Source: a virus
Reading direction: 5' to 3' (one strand)
DNA: 64,000 bases
IMG/VR virus record: IMGVR_UViG_3300013125_000003
Coordinates: 32,001 to 96,000 of that record
A program made the position numbers and the translations under genes. The notes below the pieces were generated by a model. It was not told the origin of the DNA, made no database searches, and saw only the letters and a program-made list of their open reading frames with translations. This document shows, one piece after another, positions 1 through 8,893 of this stretch; the stretch's first letter is position 1, and each line of letters starts with the position of its first letter.

Positions 1-123
1 GTCGTTGTTGTGGAAGTAAAAATACCTGTTTCCGAAGGCTCCGTAAAAGGAGTTGATGAGGATCTTGATAGCGTTCTGCTTCAAGTCCAACGACTTGATC
101 TGTTGTTCTAAAGTTAAGCTCAT
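1..123 (-). CDS. Family B DNA polymerase, C-terminal subunit (gp43B-like), 5' portion only; runs off the window edge
   Basis: Manual translation from ATG at 123 gives MSLTLEQQIKSLDLKQNAIKILINSFYGAFGNRYFYFHNND, containing PolB motif B (KxxxNSxYG). Not in the ORF track. Confidence 0.9.
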   Translation of the reverse strand, partial: MSLTLEQQIKSLDLKQNAIKILINSFYGAFGNRYFYFHNND

Positions 124-129
124 GTTCCT

Positions 130-157
130 ATTCTACGTACGAACCCATTTTAGGTTT
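130..157 (-). promoter_or_regulatory. Bipartite early/middle-type promoter AAACC-N17-TAGAAT
   Basis: Matches the repeated AAACY-N16/17-TANAA(T/G) motif; just upstream of the polB C-terminal gene. Confidence 0.6.
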
Positions 158-167
158 TATAGTACTA

Positions 168-175
168 AATAAATA
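168..175 (+). promoter_or_regulatory. T4-like late promoter AATAAATA
   Basis: Resembles T4 TATAAATA; recurs upstream of structural genes in this window. Confidence 0.65.
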
Positions 176-203
176 GAAGAAAAGTTCACCTGTGGTAAGT
201 TCA

Positions 204-791
204 ATGAGCCAAAAAACCTATGTGGTCAAGAAGAAATACCCTTTCTTGGAAAACTTTCCATTTGAGGAGTTCACTCTCGAACCTGGAGAAGCTCACAGAA
301 TCGTAGCTGACGATGACGGAGGGGTTGCCATAGAAGACATTGAACCTACGTTAATGAAATTCGTTTACGAAAAGGACAACAGTTCCATGACGGTCTTCAT
401 ATTCGACCGTGAACTTCGTTGGATGAACGAAATATCAGAAAAGGTACAGGACTTAAACTCAGCAGTCAAAGCGATAGACAAAGCTATAGATTCGCCAGAT
501 TTGCTAACTAAGCGAAACGGCGCAAATTACGCTGAAGCTTGGTGCGCCCAGCTCCAAGACAATAGGTCAAAACTCAGCTATTCAACGTCCGGCGATATTC
601 TAACGAGCTTGGTGGACGGTCCAGACCAATTGGTCACCGTGATCAACAAGATCATAAAGTTAAACGCTGGAATAGGAATGGTAGGCCTGTCAACCAAAGA
701 GTACCAGATAGTCCTAACTTACTACCAATTTCAACTCATTTACGCAAAATTACTGTTGGGCATCATAATCGCCTCAAAAATATCCCTTTAA
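204..791 (+). CDS. Hypothetical protein
   Basis: ORF 192..791, likely ATG at 204 after the late promoter; abuts the next gene. Confidence 0.7.
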   Translation: MSQKTYVVKKKYPFLENFPFEEFTLEPGEAHRIVADDDGGVAIEDIEPTLMKFVYEKDNSSMTVFIFDRELRWMNEISEKVQDLNSAVKAIDKAIDSPDLLTKRNGANYAEAWCAQLQDNRSKLSYSTSGDILTSLVDGPDQLVTVINKIIKLNAGIGMVGLSTKEYQIVLTYYQFQLIYAKLLLGIIIASKISL

Positions 792-1160
792 ATGGAAGAT
801 TCACAGATCGATTCCTTCTTAGCTTACGTCGCGTTAGTTGAGGAAAGCTCAGAACAGTTCTCGCAGGACCAAGTAAAAAAATTGGAACTGATAAGAACTA
901 AAGTCGGAGAGATCCTAAAGAAAACTCAACCGCCGCTGCAGCCGGCTAACCTTCAAGCCCCGGCCTCTGTTTCCCAAGTGTCTTCTATGAAAATTGTGGA
1001 AAGCTTCGAACAGTTCGTTGAAGTTAACGAGATGATTCGAAAGCGCGGAAATAAGTGGGTTGTTCTTGACAAAAAAGGAAAAAAGGTTTTAGGCACTCAC
1101 CCAACTAAGGAAAAGGCTCTCAGCCAACTTAGAGCTATCGAAATCAGCAAGCACAGCTAA
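792..1160 (+). CDS. Hypothetical protein, putative internal virion protein
   Basis: Internal motif IVESFEQFVEVNE followed by a small basic C-terminal domain. Confidence 0.65.
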   Translation: MEDSQIDSFLAYVALVEESSEQFSQDQVKKLELIRTKVGEILKKTQPPLQPANLQAPASVSQVSSMKIVESFEQFVEVNEMIRKRGNKWVVLDKKGKKVLGTHPTKEKALSQLRAIEISKHS

Positions 1161-1951
1161 TGGACAAATACGTTCTATCCTTTTCTAATTTCGTCAACGA
1201 GAATCGTCGATACACCGGAGAACAGCCTTACTTATTTCAGGAATACAAGGATAGGTTCGATGATTTTTCATTCGAAGAAGACATTGTGTTTCTAATCAAG
1301 CGAATAGAGGAAAAATGGATAGAATTGAAGGAAAAGTATCACTGGAACCGAGAGAGCCCAGGAGTTAGAGGCGATCACTTTGCTCTCAACGTTAAGGTTT
1401 ACATCTTTCCGGACGAGGAAGAGATCAAAAAGAGAGTAAAAGTCCCAGAATTATCTGACGAAGAAGCTAACAGAATTTGGTGGAAGTACCTGCAAGACCA
1501 AGCGGAAGTGCTAGCTGACGGAATAGATCACAGTTGGATAAAAACTGTCGATTGGGGTGGAAAAAGCGGAGGTTGGCTTCTGCTTTATCCGGAAGTAGGT
1601 CCAGACTCAGTGATGGAAGGAATATCAGAAGAGTGCAACAGCTACTTAGCCGAAAAAGAGGCGATCGAAGAAGAAGTGATGGCAGAGGTAAAAAATAAGT
1701 ATCAGGATCCGGATTTCAGCGAACTTGTAGAAGTCGGTGCACTGAACGATCTTCCTGAAATATCGCAGCTTAGAGATAGAGCAAAGGCTCTCGTTAATTA
1801 CTTAGAAGAAACTCTCGGAGAAGCAACTTCAATGGAAACAGATATGTTAGCTATCCTGCAGCAAGTTGATAGATTTAGGCAGGAAGGCCTCGAATGGTTT
1901 TACGAGTATTTGGAGATGGAAACTGACGATGCTCTAGAAACTGTCTACTGA
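1160..1951 (+). CDS. Hypothetical protein, putative internal virion protein
   Basis: N-terminal VLSFSNFVNE capsid-targeting-like motif; TAATG coupling to the previous gene. Confidence 0.65.
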   Translation: MDKYVLSFSNFVNENRRYTGEQPYLFQEYKDRFDDFSFEEDIVFLIKRIEEKWIELKEKYHWNRESPGVRGDHFALNVKVYIFPDEEEIKKRVKVPELSDEEANRIWWKYLQDQAEVLADGIDHSWIKTVDWGGKSGGWLLLYPEVGPDSVMEGISEECNSYLAEKEAIEEEVMAEVKNKYQDPDFSELVEVGALNDLPEISQLRDRAKALVNYLEETLGEATSMETDMLAILQQVDRFRQEGLEWFYEYLEMETDDALETVY

Positions 1952-3558
1952 TCAACGAACTTAGTCAGATCAAACTCGTGCTTGGAAACTTCAAATTCTT
2001 GCTCAAGGTAGATCTGTTCCCTCTTCTTTCCGTGCTTCACGATGTACCCATCGAGGTCGTCTACTAGGTCAAGTATCGTGATCTTGTGCTTGCCTAGCAA
2101 TTTTCTCATTCCCCTACCTATCGATTGTCTTACCGTGATTTCTGATTTGTAACTCTCAGCGAAGATGATGTAGTTGATGTTCTTCAAGTTTATGCCGGTG
2201 GAAAAAGTACCGAACGAAGCGACCAAAACAACGCCAGCGTTAGATTCCATGATGGATCGATACTCTGACCTATCGTCGTCCTTCACTCCACCGTCAATGT
2301 AGTAAACGTGGTCGTTAGTCTCTTTTATCTTGTCGTAAATTCTCTTGCCGTACTGATCTTTAACGTTAGTAAAGAGGACCATCTTGTTTCCCTGCAGCTT
2401 ACCGCACAGCTTGGCAATGAAGTTTATTCTAGGCTCGTACGAAACGATGAAAGCTTTCTCTATCTCGTACTTTTCCTTACCAGTAGCTCCTCCTGTTTCC
2501 TTAAGCTGAGCGTACCCCTTGACGAACGGATCGTCTTCTGGGTACTTTAGCCTGACCATGTTCACCATGACGTCTACAGAGTAATCATTTTCCATGAGAA
2601 ACTTCGCTTTGACTATCATGCTTAACGGCCCCAAGTACTCCTGAATCTTGAAAAAGTCAGAGTACTGTTCCTCAATCTTAATCGTTCCAGATAGACCCAA
2701 TTTGTACTCTGCGTTGGTGCTTGCTCTGAGAATGTCGCGTATTGAAGCTCCGCGACTGGTGTGAGCTTCATCAATGCAAATGACGCTAAAGTTCTTGAAA
2801 AAATCCGGTTTGGTCTGCCTAACGATGGGATTTCTGATCTTGCCGTTCTTGTCCTTCTTCGGTTTTTTAGGCTTGCCGTCGTCCATTATCAAGCTCTGGT
2901 ACGTGGAAATGACAAGTTCACAGTCGTCGAACTTTTTTTGGGAAAATGAATTGGTCCCGCCTATCCTGTGAATTGTCCACGGAACCAAACCTGTCTGGTA
3001 TTCCTTCTCAAAAGCATCAGCTGTCTGGTTGACCAGGGACGTTTTTGGGACCACCAGAAGTGCCTTATTATCTTTGTTGATGATTCCTTTTCTCTTTAGA
3101 AACGACAAGTACATAAAGAAGATAAGGGTCTTTCCAGCGGAAGTTGCCAGTTCCTGTGAACAGAACTTGTACTTAAGTCCACGGTGAACCGCTTCTAACT
3201 GGTAAGCGTACGGTTCTATGTGAGGGCTGGTTCCGTCTAGAAGGACGGATGCAAATTTATCGGACTTGTCCTTGGTGAAATCTAAGTTCAGAAGGTCGTC
3301 CAACCCTCTGATGTCTATCTCGTAATCGTAACGTTCGCCGAAATTGACGATCTCTCGCCAAAGACCGACGCCTATTCGGTTTTCATTATCGATGAACTTA
3401 TCGTACCCGTCCCAAATCTTTCTCTTGTAAAGCGGGTCGTGAAAGTAGCCGGCTCTTCTTTTTTTAAAGTAGAGTTGAAGGTCCTTCAGTTCTCCTTTTC
3501 CCGCGTAATCCACGAGCTGAAGGTGCTGTTTATCGTCAGTCAATTCAAATGATAGCAA
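1945..3558 (-). CDS. uvsW: UvsW-like SF2 DNA helicase
   Basis: Q motif YQLEAV, Walker A ATSAGKT, DEAH, LSGT, FSTGINLKN, QSIGRGMR. Likely TTG start at 3558. Confidence 0.9.
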   Translation of the reverse strand: MLSFELTDDKQHLQLVDYAGKGELKDLQLYFKKRRAGYFHDPLYKRKIWDGYDKFIDNENRIGVGLWREIVNFGERYDYEIDIRGLDDLLNLDFTKDKSDKFASVLLDGTSPHIEPYAYQLEAVHRGLKYKFCSQELATSAGKTLIFFMYLSFLKRKGIINKDNKALLVVPKTSLVNQTADAFEKEYQTGLVPWTIHRIGGTNSFSQKKFDDCELVISTYQSLIMDDGKPKKPKKDKNGKIRNPIVRQTKPDFFKNFSVICIDEAHTSRGASIRDILRASTNAEYKLGLSGTIKIEEQYSDFFKIQEYLGPLSMIVKAKFLMENDYSVDVMVNMVRLKYPEDDPFVKGYAQLKETGGATGKEKYEIEKAFIVSYEPRINFIAKLCGKLQGNKMVLFTNVKDQYGKRIYDKIKETNDHVYYIDGGVKDDDRSEYRSIMESNAGVVLVASFGTFSTGINLKNINYIIFAESYKSEITVRQSIGRGMRKLLGKHKITILDLVDDLDGYIVKHGKKREQIYLEQEFEVSKHEFDLTKFVDQ

Positions 3559-3574
3559 AGTTTTGATAGAAATT

Positions 3575-4012
3575 TTAGTTGCCGTCCAGCAACTTTTGAG
3601 CAGCGATCCTGTCCTTGATTCCAAAGATGACCGAATCTACTGTCTTTATGCACTCGGAGTAAAATTCAATCTGGTACTCTAACTGCTCGAGCCGTTCCTT
3701 TAACGCAGCGGTCTTAGCGTCAACTATCGTTACTTTTTCGCTTGGTTGGTAGCGAGTTTGCCCGATCTTAGAAGCATCTACCCATTCCTCGCCCTTCTTT
3801 TCTCGGTACTGTTTCTTGTACCGAGTAAAGTGTTCGAGAAGAGTGTGATTTTCTTCCAGGATTCTCTGCCTGAGGCTCAAAAAGGTTACTTGGACCTGAG
3901 GAATGTTCTCGATCTTAATGAGGAGTTGAATTCCGTCCTTTATTTCCTTTGAAAAAAGCTCCCGTTTGTTACGAAAGTGCTCTTCCAGCGTTAGTTTGTT
4001 TCCGTCTTCCAT
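3575..4012 (-). CDS. uvsY: UvsY-like recombination mediator
   Basis: 145-aa helical protein next to uvsW, with a UvsY-like C-terminus (KTVDSVIFGIKDRI). Confidence 0.6.
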   Translation of the reverse strand: MEDGNKLTLEEHFRNKRELFSKEIKDGIQLLIKIENIPQVQVTFLSLRQRILEENHTLLEHFTRYKKQYREKKGEEWVDASKIGQTRYQPSEKVTIVDAKTAALKERLEQLEYQIEFYSECIKTVDSVIFGIKDRIAAQKLLDGN

Positions 4013-4018
4013 CTGTTT

Positions 4019-4045
4019 ATTTTACGGAAAAAGAGCGATAAGTTT
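4019..4045 (-). promoter_or_regulatory. Bipartite promoter AAACT-N16-TAAAAT
   Basis: Exact motif match upstream of uvsY-uvsW. Confidence 0.7.
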
Positions 4046-4515
4046 TACACCAAGAACGTGTAATAGGTGCTTTCTACCTGGTAGTAATCGCTCTGGAACT
4101 CGTTGATCTGCTGGCTCCCGTATATGTTGTTTCCAATTGGGTGGTGTTCTCCGTTCCTGTAAAATACCGAAACGTTTCCGTCGTACAGGCAGATTATTGA
4201 GTCTAACTTGTAGTGAGATAGCGAACCTTTTACGATCTCCTTGAACTCATCTAAGGAAACGTCAGTCGACTCGTTAGTCACGAAGATGCTGGGAAACACG
4301 AACCTAACCTTACGTTCGGCAAGAGACATTGACGTGATCGTCTGCACCACGTAATTCAAGCGTCCGAAAGAGTCCAAGTCGTTTAGAAACTCGTTGTACT
4401 GGTCGGACGAGGTAAAGTTATAGATCGCGAACGGCTTTTGGGCTTGCACGCAATCACGAATCAGGTGATACCTGTTCCCTGAATACTCTCTTGTGCGTCT
4501 TAATGTCCTATCCAT
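4045..4515 (-). CDS. Hypothetical protein
   Basis: 156-aa ORF preceded by a minus-strand AATAAATA at 4551-4558. Confidence 0.65.
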   Translation of the reverse strand: MDRTLRRTREYSGNRYHLIRDCVQAQKPFAIYNFTSSDQYNEFLNDLDSFGRLNYVVQTITSMSLAERKVRFVFPSIFVTNESTDVSLDEFKEIVKGSLSHYKLDSIICLYDGNVSVFYRNGEHHPIGNNIYGSQQINEFQSDYYQVESTYYTFLV

Positions 4516-4576
4516 TGATAATTTGGTATTGTATTACAGAACTATGCAGTTATTTATTAGTAAAAGATCTGCAAGT

Positions 4577-4936
4577 ATGAAAATTGAAAAATCTTACACC
4601 GTTCAGATATGGGTCGGCTTGAGGGCAGGGTACGGGCACTACTACTTTAACCTCAATGACGTTAGGCAGATCTGCGATGATTTTGTTAACGAACTCGACG
4701 AAAATGGGTTGGGCGATTGCGTGACAATCACTCCTACCGAGTACCGATACGTTAAGGGCTGGGAGCCTGGAGTGATAGTCGGTTTCGTAAATTACCCAAG
4801 GTTTCCGAGAAAGCCGGACAAGATTCTATGGAAAGCTCTCGACCTGGCAGAAAGGTTAAGAAAAGGACTAAAACAGATTAGAGTAACCGTCGTTACTCCG
4901 GATAACACATACATGTTGGAAGATGAACAAGCCTAA
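4577..4936 (+). CDS. Hypothetical phage protein
   Basis: Likely ATG at 4577 (MKIEKSY), preceded by a variant promoter GAACT-N17-TAAAAG at 4539-4566. Confidence 0.65.
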   Translation: MKIEKSYTVQIWVGLRAGYGHYYFNLNDVRQICDDFVNELDENGLGDCVTITPTEYRYVKGWEPGVIVGFVNYPRFPRKPDKILWKALDLAERLRKGLKQIRVTVVTPDNTYMLEDEQA

Positions 4937-5468
4937 GGAACACATCAACGTATTCGATTTTGATGAGACCCTCTACAGAGTTCCTGGATTTACTTGCACC
5001 GAAGCGGTAGGGAAAAAACCTTACGAGTGGTTCGACGATCCAAAGTCTCTCGAAAATCACGAAACAGTATTTCCGATTCTCAACACAATAGAAAAGACTT
5101 GGGGAGAGAATTCGAAGTACGAGAACTACCTCATCACTCACAGAGTTCTTGCGTGCAAGGATGCTATCACAAAACTCTTGGAAAAGAGCGCGTGCATCTT
5201 TCACCGAGTGTACTTTTTAGGAAGGGAAGAATCCAAAGCCATGAAGCTTCTGGAGATTCTCGACGCTAACCCACAGGCAAAATCTTTGACCATTTACGAG
5301 GATTCCATGTGGGAGATCATACAATACGCGCAAATTTTAGCCGACGAAGCACCGGAATTGGAGATCAATTTCGTTTTCGTTGATAAAAGTAAAGTAATAA
5401 AACTGAGCTTATCCTCAGTCGTCCCACTTTGCGATTACCAGGACGTTGAAAGAATCAGATTGCTATGA
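4923..5468 (+). CDS. HAD-superfamily phosphatase (RNA-repair-type HAD-like)
   Basis: Motif I VFDFDETL, LITHR, SK, IYEDS. Confidence 0.7.
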   Translation: MNKPKEHINVFDFDETLYRVPGFTCTEAVGKKPYEWFDDPKSLENHETVFPILNTIEKTWGENSKYENYLITHRVLACKDAITKLLEKSACIFHRVYFLGREESKAMKLLEILDANPQAKSLTIYEDSMWEIIQYAQILADEAPELEINFVFVDKSKVIKLSLSSVVPLCDYQDVERIRLL

Positions 5469-6109
5469 TACTATTTGTAGAAGGCCCGCGAGCATGCGGC
5501 AAGACTTACTTGATAAACGACTTGCTAGAGTCAGTAAACTTGGAATTGCTCAAGACTCCAGAAAAGTTCGATACTGATCCGGACATCGAGTACTACAAGT
5601 TCTACTTTGCAAATCACATCAGAACCTTAGGCTTGCAAGACATTGACAACACGCCAGCTTTGCATTATTTCAGCTTGGGTAACATCATGACCATCCTTGA
5701 AATGAATCAACAACCCCAGTACAGAGACAAGATCTGGGTCTTCGACCGAGCTATCATCTCTGCTTACGTTTGGGCAGTGTTGCGAGGTCGACTGTTACTG
5801 GTCAGAGCATGTCAAGAGTACGAAGCTCTGCTGTCATCCGACCTCTACCGAAACTGCAAGACCATAATGATCACGGTAAACCAAGATCGTAGAGAACAAG
5901 ATGTGTCAAGAAACAAGGACGTTTTTGATGGGGCTCACTCAACTGATGAGGAACTTCACCTGTTCGGACACTTCTTGGAGTTCGGAAAAGATCAGTTAGC
6001 TGACCCAGCTAGAAAAAACGGCATCTCATTCATCACCAACCACTTTGACCAAGAATCCGTTGATAGTTTTGTTGCAGAAGGTAAAAAGCTTTTAGGCATC
6101 TCGGCTTAA
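5465..6109 (+). CDS. P-loop nucleotide kinase (dNMP/thymidylate kinase-like)
   Basis: Walker A EGPRACGKT; FDRAIIS motif typical of the TMK family. Confidence 0.7.
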   Translation: MILFVEGPRACGKTYLINDLLESVNLELLKTPEKFDTDPDIEYYKFYFANHIRTLGLQDIDNTPALHYFSLGNIMTILEMNQQPQYRDKIWVFDRAIISAYVWAVLRGRLLLVRACQEYEALLSSDLYRNCKTIMITVNQDRREQDVSRNKDVFDGAHSTDEELHLFGHFLEFGKDQLADPARKNGISFITNHFDQESVDSFVAEGKKLLGISA

Positions 6110-6115
6110 TAAATA
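6108..6115 (+). promoter_or_regulatory. Late promoter AATAAATA
   Basis: Motif match 20 nt upstream of the ATG at 6136. Confidence 0.65.
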
Positions 6116-6135
6116 ACAAAAATAGTCAAAATGCG

Positions 6136-6693
6136 ATGCTTAAAAAGTTCACGAAAGATTTCAAAGAGTTCGTAAACGAGTCAGCCGAATCTAAAGTCAG
6201 AGGAATTTCTCTCGAAGAGTTCCTTCCTCTTTTTTCAGAATTGGTGATGATGTGTCCTAATTTAGAAGAATTCAATTACCCGAGTGATATACACGGTCAC
6301 GCAAGTCGAGTAATCGAACTCAGCAGAAACGGAAAATCTGGAGAACCATGGATGTTCACTAAAGAATCTGGGTTATCTGAGATGGAAAAGAAGCTGAACG
6401 AGATTGAAGAATTTTACAGGAAACATTATGACGGAAAGGACAAACCTGTATTCTACGTGTGGAACGTGTCCACCAAAGGGTTAAAGTACAGAGAATTGGA
6501 AAAACGTCTCGAAGAAGTAGGTGGATTACCAAAATCTGAACAGGACTTTAAACTTCCGCAACTTATCGATTTACTCAAAAATGATGAAACTCTTAGAAAC
6601 GCGGTCACTAGAGTAAGCGCATCTCTGGATTCCATCTCTTCGACTGAATTTGGAAAAGCAATGAGTCGCGGTGATTTCGGACCACTGGACTAA
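6136..6693 (+). CDS. Hypothetical protein, putative internal virion protein
   Basis: N-terminal KDFKEFVNE motif; preceded by a late promoter. Confidence 0.65.
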   Translation: MLKKFTKDFKEFVNESAESKVRGISLEEFLPLFSELVMMCPNLEEFNYPSDIHGHASRVIELSRNGKSGEPWMFTKESGLSEMEKKLNEIEEFYRKHYDGKDKPVFYVWNVSTKGLKYRELEKRLEEVGGLPKSEQDFKLPQLIDLLKNDETLRNAVTRVSASLDSISSTEFGKAMSRGDFGPLD

Positions 6694-6706
6694 CAAAATC
6701 AAAAGC

Positions 6707-8842
6707 ATGGCAGGTTTAGCACATTTAAAGGACGTCTTAGACAAATACGGACAGGATTTCGTCGAAAACTTACTCAACAAGACGGTCATCGTCAACGAGA
6801 AGATGGACGGAGCGTTTTTCGGTTTGATGAAAGACGATCATGGAAAGATAGAGTACTTCAAGAGAAACGGCCCAATATCGTACGTGGACAGAGTCCTTAG
6901 CAAGTACTTTGAGCCTGCTATTTCATACTTGGAAAGCAAGAAGAGCGAGATCACGCCAAACATTCCGCCGAATTACTACTTCGGAATGGAATACTTTTCC
7001 GACAAAAAACCCCAGACCATATCGTACGATAATCTTCCCAAGAATCACCTGATCTTGAGCTACATACACCTTCTCAAGAAAAACGGAGAAGTAAAGGAAA
7101 CCATACAGAGCAGGGAAGAACTCAACAAATGGGCAGACGTTCTAGGAATAGAAAGACCTCCGATCATCTTCCGGGGCAAATTAAGCCCAGAACAAAAGAA
7201 ACAGATACACGAATTCATATACACATCATTCGACAAATTGGTAGAAAAGTTCAAGACCACATCTTTTACTAGGTACATCGTTTCGATCCTAAACCCATCT
7301 CTTGAAAAATCGTTCCTCCAGGATTCTCTGGACAAGGACATTGAGGGAATAGTTTTCAGGTTTTACGATGAGTCAGCTAGAGGAGAAGAACCGGTGTTCC
7401 TAGCAAAACTGATAGATCCTACTTTTCAGGAAGGAGCAAAGAAGCGGTCTGCTGAGGATAGGAAGAAGAGTGATGACTACATCTGGATCATCGTGATCGA
7501 CCTCATGAACTTCATCGAACAATACCCGGTTAGCGAGTTAAGAGAAATTCCAATGAATGGTGAGACTTACGAGGAACGTTACGTTTCTCTAGTCAATCAC
7601 ATATACTTGGAATTCGTGAAGGAATTCGGAGAAAAGTACAGGGACCTAGACATTCAGATACCTGATTTTCTGCAAAGAGACGATTTCAACGTGAATTTCG
7701 GTCTCATCAACAACCCTAGAGTAACATCGATGATCGAATCGAACCCTAATTTCAAGGAAATTTACCGAGTCTTCATCAACATGTTCAGAAAGAAAAAGAT
7801 CAAGGTGAACTCATCGTTCTTTACCAAAGAGATGAAAGAGAACCTTAACGATCAGATCGACAAAATTAGCAGAGTAATCATGGGAGATTCAATCTACGAA
7901 AATTACTTCCCAACGTTCAAGGAGTTCGTCGGTGAAGAAAAGGATCCGGGCTACTTTGAGACATTCAAGCAGGTGGAAGATAGGAAAACTAAACCTGTAA
8001 ATTTGATCATCTCTGACTTTCAACCAATACACCCAGGACACATAAAATCTGCACAGAGCTTGTTCAACGAGAACGGGTTGCCGTGCTTGATGGTGTGCGT
8101 CCACCCAGGAAACACCAGCAAAGCTCGGCCGTTCAAGAAGGAAACCGTGATAAACGGGTTGCAGAGACTAGCAAACGTTCACCACAGTTTTATCGAAGGC
8201 TACGTTATCGTTTCGGACGGAGAAGTAGAAAGCTTGTTAAAGATAATAAAGCCGAACTACGAACCTAACATCATCGCTGCTAACAGAAGCAGGATAAGAG
8301 ATCTAGCTCTGCAGATCGAATTAGCTAAGAAACGTTCACGAAACTTAAACCTGAAGAAGGACATTAGACTGATGGAACTTCCATCTGCTGGCATAAAGGA
8401 CGTCATAATGAACACCGTCAAGAACGGTGATTACGCAGGTTTTAAGTCAGCAGCTCCTCAGGAGATACACTCTGACTTTTACAGCATGAACCAAGACCTG
8501 ATGGAAAAATTGAACGAATCCACCTTACCTCAGTTCAAATCGCCAGGCATTCCAGTAGTAGAGATCGATAGCTCAGCGGTAAACGAATCGATCGATCCGT
8601 TATTGAACGTTGAATCTGCTGAGGAGGATGATGTACAAACGGTCGTAGTTATATCGGAAAAGGAAGAAAAGATACTGAGGGAAGCTAAAAAGTCGGAAGA
8701 AGAGCGTGATCGACGTATCGCAGAAGCTGTGAAATTTGCTAATGAACACCCAGAAGATCCAGGGCTTTACCCAGGTTACACACAATCAATGATGATGGGA
8801 GCGGGAACCTCAGGTACTTCTGGTCTCGCAAAGACCGAATAA
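6707..8842 (+). CDS. Fusion of an ATP-dependent ligase-like nucleotidyltransferase and an HxGH (cytidyltransferase-like) domain
   Basis: Ligase motifs EKMDG (I), GMEYF (III), EGIVFR (IV), LAKL (V). C-terminal FQPIHPGH. Likely ATG at 6707. Confidence 0.7.
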   Translation: MAGLAHLKDVLDKYGQDFVENLLNKTVIVNEKMDGAFFGLMKDDHGKIEYFKRNGPISYVDRVLSKYFEPAISYLESKKSEITPNIPPNYYFGMEYFSDKKPQTISYDNLPKNHLILSYIHLLKKNGEVKETIQSREELNKWADVLGIERPPIIFRGKLSPEQKKQIHEFIYTSFDKLVEKFKTTSFTRYIVSILNPSLEKSFLQDSLDKDIEGIVFRFYDESARGEEPVFLAKLIDPTFQEGAKKRSAEDRKKSDDYIWIIVIDLMNFIEQYPVSELREIPMNGETYEERYVSLVNHIYLEFVKEFGEKYRDLDIQIPDFLQRDDFNVNFGLINNPRVTSMIESNPNFKEIYRVFINMFRKKKIKVNSSFFTKEMKENLNDQIDKISRVIMGDSIYENYFPTFKEFVGEEKDPGYFETFKQVEDRKTKPVNLIISDFQPIHPGHIKSAQSLFNENGLPCLMVCVHPGNTSKARPFKKETVINGLQRLANVHHSFIEGYVIVSDGEVESLLKIIKPNYEPNIIAANRSRIRDLALQIELAKKRSRNLNLKKDIRLMELPSAGIKDVIMNTVKNGDYAGFKSAAPQEIHSDFYSMNQDLMEKLNESTLPQFKSPGIPVVEIDSSAVNESIDPLLNVESAEEDDVQTVVVISEKEEKILREAKKSEEERDRRIAEAVKFANEHPEDPGLYPGYTQSMMMGAGTSGTSGLAKTE

Positions 8843-8845
8843 TAC

Positions 8846-8874
8846 AAAAAAAAGCTCCTTTCGGAGCTTTTTTT
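8846..8874. terminator. Bidirectional intrinsic terminator
   Basis: A-tract, AGCTCC-TTTC-GGAGCT hairpin, T-tract, between convergent genes. Confidence 0.85.
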
Positions 8875-8893
8875 ATGCATTCTTTAACGAACC

